64,000 nucleotides of DNA, taken from the sequence record LR588166.1; one strand, written 5' to 3'. Below the pieces are notes generated by a model. The model was not told the origin of the DNA and did no database searches. It saw nothing but the letters and a program-made list of their open reading frames with translations. Positions 39,203-47,793 of this stretch are shown one piece after another (the first letter of the stretch is position 1; every line of letters starts with the position of its first letter). A program made the position numbers and the translations under genes.

Positions 39203-40693
39203 TTGATTAATTATAACAGAACTGCTAAAAAAATATTTTCTGTATTAAAAGGGCACAGCTATCGGGTTAAAATGTATGACCTAACAGGCAATGAGGTGAT
39301 AGACCCGGAAAAAGCTCGTCGATTTTATGTTCAATATCCGAACATGATGATAACACTAGATGAAGACACTGGTGAAATTCGTATGAGCAAAAACAATAAT
39401 ATTTCTTTAACTGAATACGAAAGTACATTAGTTCAGTTAAAGAACATAGCAGTTCATTACATGCTAAATTTTACCTTGAAAGACTTCGGGAGAGAAATAA
39501 CACCGAGAGATTTTGCATACCAAGCAAAAGTTAAAAAGGAAAAAGAAATGTCTAACGGATCTGTATCTGAATCTATATCTCCTCTAGTTGGTTCTAGAAA
39601 AACAAGTTATCAAACAATAGAAAATGTTAAAATACATGTAAAGCATAAGACACATGTCGACGAAGAGATTAGGGGAGCTCGTTCTAGAAATATTTCTGCA
39701 ATTTTTATAGAACACTCGGGAGAAAGATTTCGTTTTCCTCACAATAATTTAGTTGGTGCCCGCGCCATGGCAAGGCATATACAGCAAGGCGGTAATCAAT
39801 ACGATTCGATTGGTTCTTATATAATAGAAAGCTGTGCTAACTATACTAAGTTAAGAGAATTTATGAGATATATTCGTTCTAACAATCTTATAACAGAAGA
39901 TAGCAACGATGTTATTGCTAATATTAAGGAAAGCATAGATAGTATAGCTACAGATTTAAAACGTCTATCTGGTGTAAATACCTACGATATAGTAAAATCT
40001 AGGATCGAAGAAACAGAAGAAGCAGAATGCGATGTGTCTGATGTAGATAAGTTTAAGGATATGTTTACTATTCGTAAGTTTGATGATAAGTTTACTGATG
40101 TTCTTCCTATAGTGAGTAAACTCGTTAAGGAAAAACAATCATATTTAAAGAAAATAGAAGAAGCAGTTTCTAAACAAATTTATATAGAGTCTATGCCTAT
40201 TTTAGAAACTAATGCTATAATATATGAAAATCCTAATATTAAGTTAGGACATAGCTTACAAGAACTTAGTTCTAGAATATTAGAAAATACATTATTAGCT
40301 AATTATATTTCGTCGATGGGATCTAAGTTAATAAAAGAAAATACTTTAAATAAATTCGAATGTTCTATAATTAAATCATTTTTTGAAAACGTTAGTGTTA
40401 AAAAAGCAAATACTAATCAAACTAATGGGTTATTTGCAGAATCGATTAACGAATTTGGGATAAATATTCCTGACTTCCCGGATAATAATCCCTTTAATAA
40501 AAATAAAGACAACAAATACAGTAATTCGGATTTAGATAAACACGCATCTGATCAAAAAGTAGATGCAAATGACACTGTCTCTAAAATTGATTTTATTATA
40601 AGCAATAGCCACGGAAGATATAATGACAGAGAAAAATTACTAAAATTGCCAGATGATGTTATTAACAGAATATATTCTAAAATTGCTAAATAA
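39203..40693 (+). CDS. Conserved structural protein
   Basis: GSRKTSYQ; RSRNI.AIFIE..GERFRF..NNL.GARAMARH; ATAAATA upstream. Confidence 0.6.
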   Translation: MINYNRTAKKIFSVLKGHSYRVKMYDLTGNEVIDPEKARRFYVQYPNMMITLDEDTGEIRMSKNNNISLTEYESTLVQLKNIAVHYMLNFTLKDFGREITPRDFAYQAKVKKEKEMSNGSVSESISPLVGSRKTSYQTIENVKIHVKHKTHVDEEIRGARSRNISAIFIEHSGERFRFPHNNLVGARAMARHIQQGGNQYDSIGSYIIESCANYTKLREFMRYIRSNNLITEDSNDVIANIKESIDSIATDLKRLSGVNTYDIVKSRIEETEEAECDVSDVDKFKDMFTIRKFDDKFTDVLPIVSKLVKEKQSYLKKIEEAVSKQIYIESMPILETNAIIYENPNIKLGHSLQELSSRILENTLLANYISSMGSKLIKENTLNKFECSIIKSFFENVSVKKANTNQTNGLFAESINEFGINIPDFPDNNPFNKNKDNKYSNSDLDKHASDQKVDANDTVSKIDFIISNSHGRYNDREKLLKLPDDVINRIYSKIAK

Positions 40694-40773
40694 AATTATT
40701 ATCAAGATCATTAAAATGGATTCGAAATAAAATTAATTCTGTATACTTTGCATATTACACTAAAAATAAATGG

Positions 40774-40802
40774 TTGACAAATAGATAACTGCATTATATA
40801 AT
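40774..40802 (+). promoter_or_regulatory. Consensus sigma70 promoter for gp32
   Basis: TTGACA-17 bp-TATAAT. Confidence 0.9.
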
Positions 40803-40815
40803 TACACCATAACTT

Positions 40816-40892
40816 AGTTTTGCAGCTAACCCGAGCAAAACTGTATTAAAAGGGTTTAGGATAAAATAAAAAAATATTAAGGATAATTCATT
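40816..40892 (+). promoter_or_regulatory. Leader pseudoknot plus A/U-rich tract (candidate translational autoregulatory operator)
   Basis: S1 AGTTTTGC/GCAAAACT; loop AACCC pairs with GGGTT at 40852-40856. Confidence 0.6.
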
Positions 40893-41879
40893 ATGGCTTC
40901 TCTTGCTGAACTACGTCAAAAATTAAAAGATCAAGAAACAAAACGTGGCACAAAATCATCTGGCAGTGCAGATAAAAGTAATTTCCCATTCTGGGACATG
41001 AATGAAAACGACAGTGCTACTGTAAGATTTCTTCCTGATGCAAACACTGATAATACCTTTTTCTGGGTAGAAAAACAACAAATTAAAATTCCATTTAGTG
41101 GCATTGTAGGTATGAATAGTAAACCTACAGTTGTTACTGTACCGTGTGTAGAAATGTGGGGGGAATCTTGCCCTATTCATCAAGAAATCCGTCCGTGGTT
41201 TAAAGATCCTTCGTTAGAGAAATTAGCGCGTACTTATTGGAAGAAACGTTCTTATATTTTCCAAGGACTTGTTCGTAAGTCACCTCTTGTAGAACAAGAA
41301 CTACCAGAGAATCCTATTCGCAAATTTACATTCGGAAGTCAGATTTTTAATCTAGTTAAATCGTCTCTATTAGACCCCGAAATGGAAAACATTCCCACTG
41401 ATTATTTAAATGGTACTGATTTCCAGATAACTAAATTAATGAAGGGCCAATATGCCGATTACGCTACATCTAAATGGGCAAGGAAAGAATCTTCGTTAAC
41501 TGAAGAAGAATTCCAGGCAATCCAAACATATGGTCTGTATGATTTAAGTAAATTTTTACCTGCTAAACCTGATGCAGAAGCATTAGCTGCTATATTCGAG
41601 ATGTTCGAAGAATCAGTGGAAGGTAAAGAATATGATCCGCAGCGTTGGGGGAAATACTATCGCCCTTACGGGGTTGAAGTTCCTACTAATACTTCCGTAA
41701 GTGTACCTGTATCTAAACCAGAACCTAAGACTACGGTATCTAGTTCTTCAGTTATAGAAGACGATAACGATGATCTTCCTTGGGAAGATACTACTAAACC
41801 TGTAGAGCCTGTCAAATCTGCTTCTAATGCGCAAGATATAATTGCGCTCATCCGCGCCCGCCAAAACAGCGGCAACTAA
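40893..41879 (+). CDS. gp32: Single-stranded DNA-binding protein
   Basis: FPFW; VRFLPD; VPC.EMWG..CP; YWKKRSY.FQG; PTDY..G.DF...K..KG.YADY..S.W; acidic tail. Confidence 0.9.
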   Translation: MASLAELRQKLKDQETKRGTKSSGSADKSNFPFWDMNENDSATVRFLPDANTDNTFFWVEKQQIKIPFSGIVGMNSKPTVVTVPCVEMWGESCPIHQEIRPWFKDPSLEKLARTYWKKRSYIFQGLVRKSPLVEQELPENPIRKFTFGSQIFNLVKSSLLDPEMENIPTDYLNGTDFQITKLMKGQYADYATSKWARKESSLTEEEFQAIQTYGLYDLSKFLPAKPDAEALAAIFEMFEESVEGKEYDPQRWGKYYRPYGVEVPTNTSVSVPVSKPEPKTTVSSSSVIEDDNDDLPWEDTTKPVEPVKSASNAQDIIALIRARQNSGN

Positions 41880-41884
41880 ATAGG

Positions 41885-41912
41885 GAGAGGGGATCGCTGA
41901 TCCCCTCTCTTT
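41885..41912 (+). terminator. Intrinsic terminator
   Basis: GAGAGGGGATC-GCT-GATCCCCTCTC-TTT. Confidence 0.8.
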
Positions 41913-41985
41913 AATATAACCTAAAATAGCCAAAAAGTACAACTACAATGTTGGAAGGACGGCAGTATTATAAAAAGGACATTTT

Positions 41986-42231
41986 ATGACAAAACCATTC
42001 GATATTTCTAAATTTAGAAAAGATATTACTAAAAGTATCACTGGCATTAGTACAGGATTCAATGACCCAACTATTTGGATTAGTACCGGCAACTATACAC
42101 TTAATTATCTCATTAGTAGCGATTTTAATAAAGGCGTACCTATGGGTAAAGTAACCATGTTTGCTGGCGAGTCGGGTTGTTTGCCTGAAACTGCTAAAGT
42201 GAAAATTAGACTATCTAAGAAGCAATCTTAA
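41986..42231 (+). CDS. uvsX: UvsX/RecA recombinase N-extein (64 aa) fused to a 17-aa split-intein N-fragment
   Basis: ISTGNYTLNYLISSDFNKGVP.GKVTMFAGESG followed by CLPETAKVKIRL (intein block A, Cys1 at 42178). Confidence 0.9.
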   Translation: MTKPFDISKFRKDITKSITGISTGFNDPTIWISTGNYTLNYLISSDFNKGVPMGKVTMFAGESGCLPETAKVKIRLSKKQS

Positions 42232-42240
42232 CTGTCCAGT

Positions 42241-42283
42241 GTCTCCGTCGAGGATAAATACTTTTATCTAAAACGGAGACTTT
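42241..42283 (+). promoter_or_regulatory. RBS-sequestering hairpin with internal late promoter
   Basis: GTCTCCGT (42241-48) pairs with ACGGAGAC (42273-80), which contains GGAG; ATAAATA at 42254-60. Confidence 0.7.
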
Positions 42284-43717
42284 ATGGGAAATTACAATGT
42301 TCTTTCTACAAAAAACTTTAAGAAGCTATGTAATGAGTTAAACATAGTAACGATATCAGAAAAGTACATTTCTGATATACGTAAGATAGAAGATTCTGCT
42401 AAGAGCAAAGTGGATTCTGCATCTCAGCGTATGATATTAACTATGATAACTGTGAAAGTTCCCGACTTATATGATGCATATAACAGATACTATCAGCTCA
42501 GAACAGATGGTATTAGTACAAAAACTCAAGACAGTATTTCTTATATTTTTGGAAAAGACTTCCTCGAATCTGTTAATTTACTAATCAGTAATAGATATAA
42601 AACTGCATTCCGTAAAGGAATGACAGTGGAAGAGGCATTTATAACACGTAATAAAGACTTTTCCAATAATGGTGTGTATTATAACCAGATGACTGATAAG
42701 CAAAAGAAACGTTTATCATTATTGCTTAGTGTGTATACACCAGAAAGGTTGGAGTTTTATAAAAAGACAATTTCGTTTTTTATTAAGTTAGATTTGACTA
42801 ATTATGCAGGAAGAATGAAAAGACTGATGAAACTGGGATCTAGTACGTCTTTATATGCTAGCGTATTACGGTATGGTAAATCTGTCGGAAAAAGCACACA
42901 TTCATCTGTATCTGCGGTAAAGAGAAACTATTTGCCTACTTCGATACAATATTGGATGGCAAAGGGGTTTGATGAAGATACTGCATTAGTGAAGATAAAC
43001 GAACATCAACAGAAAGCAAGTGCCATGTCTTCCAAAAAACTAAAAGGCACTAGCGAATACTCTGTTCGATCAGTTGCATATTGGATTAAAAACGGGTATA
43101 GCGAAGAAGAGGCAAAAGGGAAAGTATCTAATATACAGAATACTTGGAAAAATGTATCTCAAGAAGAGCGTGATCGAAGAATAGAATCGTGGATGACTAC
43201 AATGAGTCTTAAAACAGACGAGGAGAAATCTTTGATAAACCTTAAAAAAACTCACAGCCCGGAAGGGATAATGGCAAGGACAAATTGCGATTATGATATT
43301 GCATTTAAGCAAAGCGTTGATTTTTTTAAGAAACGAAATAATTCTTCTAAAGTATCTCAAGAACTATTTTGGGGAATTGCCGAGGATATCGATACCGATG
43401 GAGTTTACTTTTCTGAACTAAACTACGAATACCCTGTTATGGGGAAAATAGTAGATTTCTATGATTCTAAAAGCAAAACAGTAATCGAATTTTATGGAAA
43501 CTTTTGGCATGCAGATAGTACATATACTGATGACACACTGATATATGGAAAAACTGCTAAAGAAATAAGAGAATCGGACATTTACAGAGAAACGTTAATT
43601 AGATCATCTGATTTGGTTAGTGATTTTATAGTAGTTTGGGAAAAGGACTTTAGGAAGAATCCGAAAGAAACAATTAAAAATTTAGTTAATATTTTAAATA
43701 ATAAAAGGAAATTTTAA
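42284..43717 (+). CDS. Free-standing Vsr/DUF559-like homing endonuclease between the split-intein halves
   Basis: C-terminal SK.SQ.LF...E......VDFY......IEFYGNFWHA...VWE.D; N-terminal repeats S..YW..KG..E..A. Confidence 0.75.
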   Translation: MGNYNVLSTKNFKKLCNELNIVTISEKYISDIRKIEDSAKSKVDSASQRMILTMITVKVPDLYDAYNRYYQLRTDGISTKTQDSISYIFGKDFLESVNLLISNRYKTAFRKGMTVEEAFITRNKDFSNNGVYYNQMTDKQKKRLSLLLSVYTPERLEFYKKTISFFIKLDLTNYAGRMKRLMKLGSSTSLYASVLRYGKSVGKSTHSSVSAVKRNYLPTSIQYWMAKGFDEDTALVKINEHQQKASAMSSKKLKGTSEYSVRSVAYWIKNGYSEEEAKGKVSNIQNTWKNVSQEERDRRIESWMTTMSLKTDEEKSLINLKKTHSPEGIMARTNCDYDIAFKQSVDFFKKRNNSSKVSQELFWGIAEDIDTDGVYFSELNYEYPVMGKIVDFYDSKSKTVIEFYGNFWHADSTYTDDTLIYGKTAKEIRESDIYRETLIRSSDLVSDFIVVWEKDFRKNPKETIKNLVNILNNKRKF

Positions 43718-43720
43718 TAA

Positions 43721-44992
43721 ATGGAATACATCGAAAAGGAAGTAACAGTTAGTGAACTGAAGTCTCTCTACAGTAGTAATGAATACGAAATTGAGTTAGA
43801 CACACCAGATGGCTGGCAAAAACTGGGATCTTGGTTCGATAAAGGCCCTCTTAGTATGGTGACGGTAGAAACGCAGGATGGGTTAGTTACTAGATGTGCA
43901 GTAAACCATATGATCGAAGTGGTAGACGGATCGGAAACTTTTTGGACACTTGCAAAAGACTTGTACGAAGGCCAACAAGTGCTTACTGTAAACGGTGTCT
44001 CAACAATTAGTTCTGTAACTGAAAGTGGCATCGAAGAATGTTTCGATTTCGAAATACTCCACGAAAATCATCGTTACTATGGTGATGGATTCTCTTCTCA
44101 CAATAGTGGCAAATCGTATATAGTATCAGGAAACATTGTAAAAGATGCACAAGAAAAGGGAATTTTTGTTGTATTACTTGATTCAGAAAATGCACTCGAC
44201 GAATCTTGGCTACATGCACTAGGTGTAGACACCGGACCGGAAAAAATGTTACGCATCTCTGTATCGATGATAGATGATGTAGCAAAAATTATTAGTGATT
44301 TTGTTAAAGATTACAAGACTAATTATGCCGAACTACCTAACAATGATCGACCAAAGGTGCTTTTTGTTATTGACTCGCTCGGAATGTTATTGACACCAAC
44401 GGAAACTGCACAATTTCAAAATGGTGATATGAAAGGAGATATGGGCAGGAAAGCAAAACAATTAAAAGCATTGATTTCTAACTGTACAAATATGTTCGGC
44501 AACTTAGACATAGGCCTTGTTTGTACTAACCATACATATGCATCTCAAGATTTATTTCAGCCTGACGCTGTAATTTCAGGCGGCAGTGGCGCAGTCTATG
44601 CCGCGTCAATTGTAGTGGCAATGCAAAAGTTAAAGTTAAAAGAAGACGAAGCAGGTAATAAAATTTCTGAAGTAGCTGGTATTCGTGCAGTATGCAAAGT
44701 TGTAAAATCTCGATATGCAAAGCCGTTTGAGACAGTAAAAGTAAATATTCCATATGATACAGGTATGAGTCCAATATCAGGTCTATTTGACTTGTTTGAA
44801 AAAACAGGTAAACTTGTAAAACAAGGCAATAGATATAAGTACATAACCAAAGATGGTACCGAAATGCTGTATTATAGGAAAGAATGGAATGATTACGATA
44901 AACTAAAAGTAATTATGAATGAATTTACAGACGAAGACCTAGGCAATGTCGTAGAAGTGGAAGAGGGTCATTTAGAAGAGTTCGATGAATAA
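43721..44992 (+). CDS. uvsX: Split-intein C-fragment (128 aa) fused to the UvsX/RecA C-extein
   Basis: TRCAVNHM (block B), CFDFEI...HRYY.DGFSSHN|S (blocks F/G), then SGKSYIVSG; DSENAL; FVIDSLGML; SGGSG..YAASIVVAM.K.KLKE. Confidence 0.92.
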   Translation: MEYIEKEVTVSELKSLYSSNEYEIELDTPDGWQKLGSWFDKGPLSMVTVETQDGLVTRCAVNHMIEVVDGSETFWTLAKDLYEGQQVLTVNGVSTISSVTESGIEECFDFEILHENHRYYGDGFSSHNSGKSYIVSGNIVKDAQEKGIFVVLLDSENALDESWLHALGVDTGPEKMLRISVSMIDDVAKIISDFVKDYKTNYAELPNNDRPKVLFVIDSLGMLLTPTETAQFQNGDMKGDMGRKAKQLKALISNCTNMFGNLDIGLVCTNHTYASQDLFQPDAVISGGSGAVYAASIVVAMQKLKLKEDEAGNKISEVAGIRAVCKVVKSRYAKPFETVKVNIPYDTGMSPISGLFDLFEKTGKLVKQGNRYKYITKDGTEMLYYRKEWNDYDKLKVIMNEFTDEDLGNVVEVEEGHLEEFDE

Positions 44993-46820
44993 ATTATGCG
45001 AAACAGATCGTATTAATATTATCAAATTACACTTCGATGATTTAAAATCTGTATCTGAATTAAAGCAAATATACGGAGTCTCTTATGATGTCATTAAAAC
45101 CATCATAAGAGATGAAACGAATCGTCTACCGTTACAAGAAACTGATATAAAAATTTTGAAATTTAAAAAACTTGTTTCACAGGAGTTGTTATTTGAATTA
45201 CATGTAATTAAAAAACAATCATTTAATGAAATAAGAAAAACTTATAAGATTAATGAACTTCATTTAAAACAAGTGTTTAATGATTACGGAATACCAATTG
45301 AAAAGTGTTTATATACTGCTACTAACAAGAAGCGTAAAACAAAAAAGCCTGAAGATTTTACTAAAGACTTTTTCGAACACTTAGTATATAACGAAAGACG
45401 AACAATTAGTTGGATAAAAAATAATTATAACTTTAATTATGAAGAACTAAAAAATCATTTAACACATTTAAAAATCGATTATACTAATTCGTTGCCACCT
45501 GCTGTAAAACATCAACAAGATAAAATATCTAGAGAAACCCTAGCAGAAGAATTAAAAATTAAATCTATTGTTGATATAATAAATGAATACGGAATTTCGA
45601 GAACTTATGTAGAAAGCGTTATAAAAGAATACAATATACAGTATTTTACAAAACCGAAACATTCTATATTAAGTGGTAAAGAATCAGAAATTTATCGGAT
45701 GTATTATGATGAATGTATGACTACATACCAAATAGCAGAAAAATTGGGAGTATGTCAATACACCATATGGAAAATAATGGCAGATAACGGATGGAAAACA
45801 CGAGAACCGATTAAAAAAATTGATTTGATTTGGAATGATATAAAAGAAGAAGTTGTTAAATTAATAGACAACGGTTATACATTAGCTGCTTTATGTGAAA
45901 AATACGAAATAACATCTATTACTGAAAAGTTAATAGAAGAAGGTATAAAATATACAAAGGGAAATATTTCTTCTGGTCATGCAGAAATATCTGAATATGT
46001 GCGTTCATTGGGATTTAATGTAATCGACAATGATCGTACTATTATATTTCCGCGAGAAATTGATATTTTTATTCCCGAACTTAACATAGGAATAGAATAC
46101 AACGGATTATATTTTCATAGCACACGAACAGAAGGAAATGTAACAAAGCATAGAGAAAAATATAGCATATGTAAACAAAAAGGTATTCGTTTAATACAAA
46201 TTTTTGAAGATGAATTTATTCATAAGAAAGAACTAGTAAAGAGAAAATTAGCACACATTTTAGGAAAATCTAATAATAAATGCTATGCAAGAAATTGTAT
46301 AGTTAAAGAAATAACGGTAGCAGATAAACGAAATTTCTTTAAAAAATATCACATACAAGAAGATTCTGCATCCTCATATGCATATGGACTATATTATGAT
46401 AACGAATTAGTTTGTGCTATGTCTTTTCTTAAAAAGAAGAAATGTACAGAATTAGTTAGATATGCATCTTCTATGCACGTGATAGGCGGATTTTCTAAGT
46501 TGTTGAAATATTGTATTAATAATAACAAAATAGATGTTATAAACACATATGCTGATCTCAGATGGTCGAATCCGACAAATAATGTATATGTAAACAATGG
46601 GTTTGATATACTGTATGAGACTGATTTTAATTACACTTATGTGAGTAAAGAGGATTTTTCAAAAAGGCTTAATAGGCAAAAATTTATGAAACACAAGTTG
46701 AAAAACATTTTATCAGATTTCGATAAATCATTAACAGAAGAAGAGAATATGAAAAATAATGGATTTTATCGAGTATACGATGCTGGCCATTTAAAATTGC
46801 AATATAAGGTTAATAAATGA
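44985..46820 (+). CDS. Homing-endonuclease-like protein: tandem HTH repeats, Vsr/DUF559-like nuclease and GNAT/Mom-like domain
   Basis: EIDIFIPELNIGIEYNGLYFHS; RLIQIFEDE; ELVRYAS...GGFSKL; TYADLRWS; paralogous to 28621-30237. Confidence 0.75.
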   Translation: MNKLCETDRINIIKLHFDDLKSVSELKQIYGVSYDVIKTIIRDETNRLPLQETDIKILKFKKLVSQELLFELHVIKKQSFNEIRKTYKINELHLKQVFNDYGIPIEKCLYTATNKKRKTKKPEDFTKDFFEHLVYNERRTISWIKNNYNFNYEELKNHLTHLKIDYTNSLPPAVKHQQDKISRETLAEELKIKSIVDIINEYGISRTYVESVIKEYNIQYFTKPKHSILSGKESEIYRMYYDECMTTYQIAEKLGVCQYTIWKIMADNGWKTREPIKKIDLIWNDIKEEVVKLIDNGYTLAALCEKYEITSITEKLIEEGIKYTKGNISSGHAEISEYVRSLGFNVIDNDRTIIFPREIDIFIPELNIGIEYNGLYFHSTRTEGNVTKHREKYSICKQKGIRLIQIFEDEFIHKKELVKRKLAHILGKSNNKCYARNCIVKEITVADKRNFFKKYHIQEDSASSYAYGLYYDNELVCAMSFLKKKKCTELVRYASSMHVIGGFSKLLKYCINNNKIDVINTYADLRWSNPTNNVYVNNGFDILYETDFNYTYVSKEDFSKRLNRQKFMKHKLKNILSDFDKSLTEEENMKNNGFYRVYDAGHLKLQYKVNK

Positions 46821-47017
46821 TTACAGATGTTGAAGCAATAAATGAAATTTGGGCTGCCGTGCGACCATATATTAAGTCATCTGAGCGCATTCATGCAGCG
46901 GATGCGTTTATAGAAGTTTTAGATGAATACGGAATGCTTGATGTAGATATTCAAATGTTTGAAAAAGAACTTAAAATAGCAGCAAAAACACATTTAGGTG
47001 AAGTAGATGACGACTAA
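46817..47017 (+). CDS. Small hypothetical protein
   Basis: ATGA overlap; acidic 66-aa ORF. Confidence 0.6.
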   Translation: MITDVEAINEIWAAVRPYIKSSERIHAADAFIEVLDEYGMLDVDIQMFEKELKIAAKTHLGEVDDD

Positions 47018-47333
47018 TTTAGAATTTAGTGACGAATTTCTATCAACTGTATCGTCGTTGAAAGCCAATATAACATCCAAAAATAAAGATGCTGTCATAG
47101 AACAATTAGACAAATTGTTAGATATGGTAACAAAAGATATGAATGCAGTTATATGGGTAATACAACCTGAAAATATTAATAACCTACATATACTATGTTC
47201 CGATTCATTTAATATTCCTATTAGTCAATTTAGACTAAAACGAAGAATACCGTCAAAATCTCAACGAGCTCATTTATTTTTAAAAGTAATTAGGATTGCA
47301 CTTGCTGGAAAAGAAAATGAACAATTGGTATAA
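47007..47333 (+). CDS. Hypothetical protein
   Basis: Overlapping ORF in the operon. Confidence 0.5.
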   Translation: MTTNLEFSDEFLSTVSSLKANITSKNKDAVIEQLDKLLDMVTKDMNAVIWVIQPENINNLHILCSDSFNIPISQFRLKRRIPSKSQRAHLFLKVIRIALAGKENEQLV

Positions 47334-47781
47334 CATTGTCTATGCAGATTTATCTAAGATACCCGATTTCATTTCTTTTTTCGAAAAGGAAATAGATATT
47401 TCTAAGTCTACAGAAATGTCTTTAAAGGGTAAAACTTTAGAGAAACATTGCGCAGAGTTGCCGGGTATAGTGGAGAATAGATTTGCACAGCTTCAAGAAA
47501 TTGAAGCTGTACTAGAATTACTTAATATTCAGTATAAACAAGAAAAAAGCGACAGATTCAAATTTTATCTACAGCAGTTTCCTAAAGCACTTTCTTCTAG
47601 GGATGCAGAGAAATATGCAGAAGGAGATCCACTTGTAGTGAACAGGGCAATATTAGTTAATGAAGTTGCATTGCTAAGAAACAAATATCTTTCGCTAATG
47701 AAGGGTTTAGATTCTAAGAATTGGATGGTAGGCCACATAGTTAAACTTCGTTGTGCAGGACTAGACGACGCACAAATTTAA
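47317..47781 (+). CDS. uvsY: UvsY-like recombination mediator
   Basis: Helical; LSSRDAEKY.EGD..V...KGLD.K.W.VGHIVKLR.AGL; lies between uvsX and uvsW. Confidence 0.7.
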   Translation: MNNWYNIVYADLSKIPDFISFFEKEIDISKSTEMSLKGKTLEKHCAELPGIVENRFAQLQEIEAVLELLNIQYKQEKSDRFKFYLQQFPKALSSRDAEKYAEGDPLVVNRAILVNEVALLRNKYLSLMKGLDSKNWMVGHIVKLRCAGLDDAQI

Positions 47782-47793
47782 ATAGGATTCGTA

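Noticed and set aside
42232-43720. Group I intron, frameshift or read-through interrupting uvsX
   Set aside because: No P7/R-S intron signatures seen; the read-through frame closes within about 30 codons; the C-half has its own coupled ATG. Trans-splicing is the simpler explanation.
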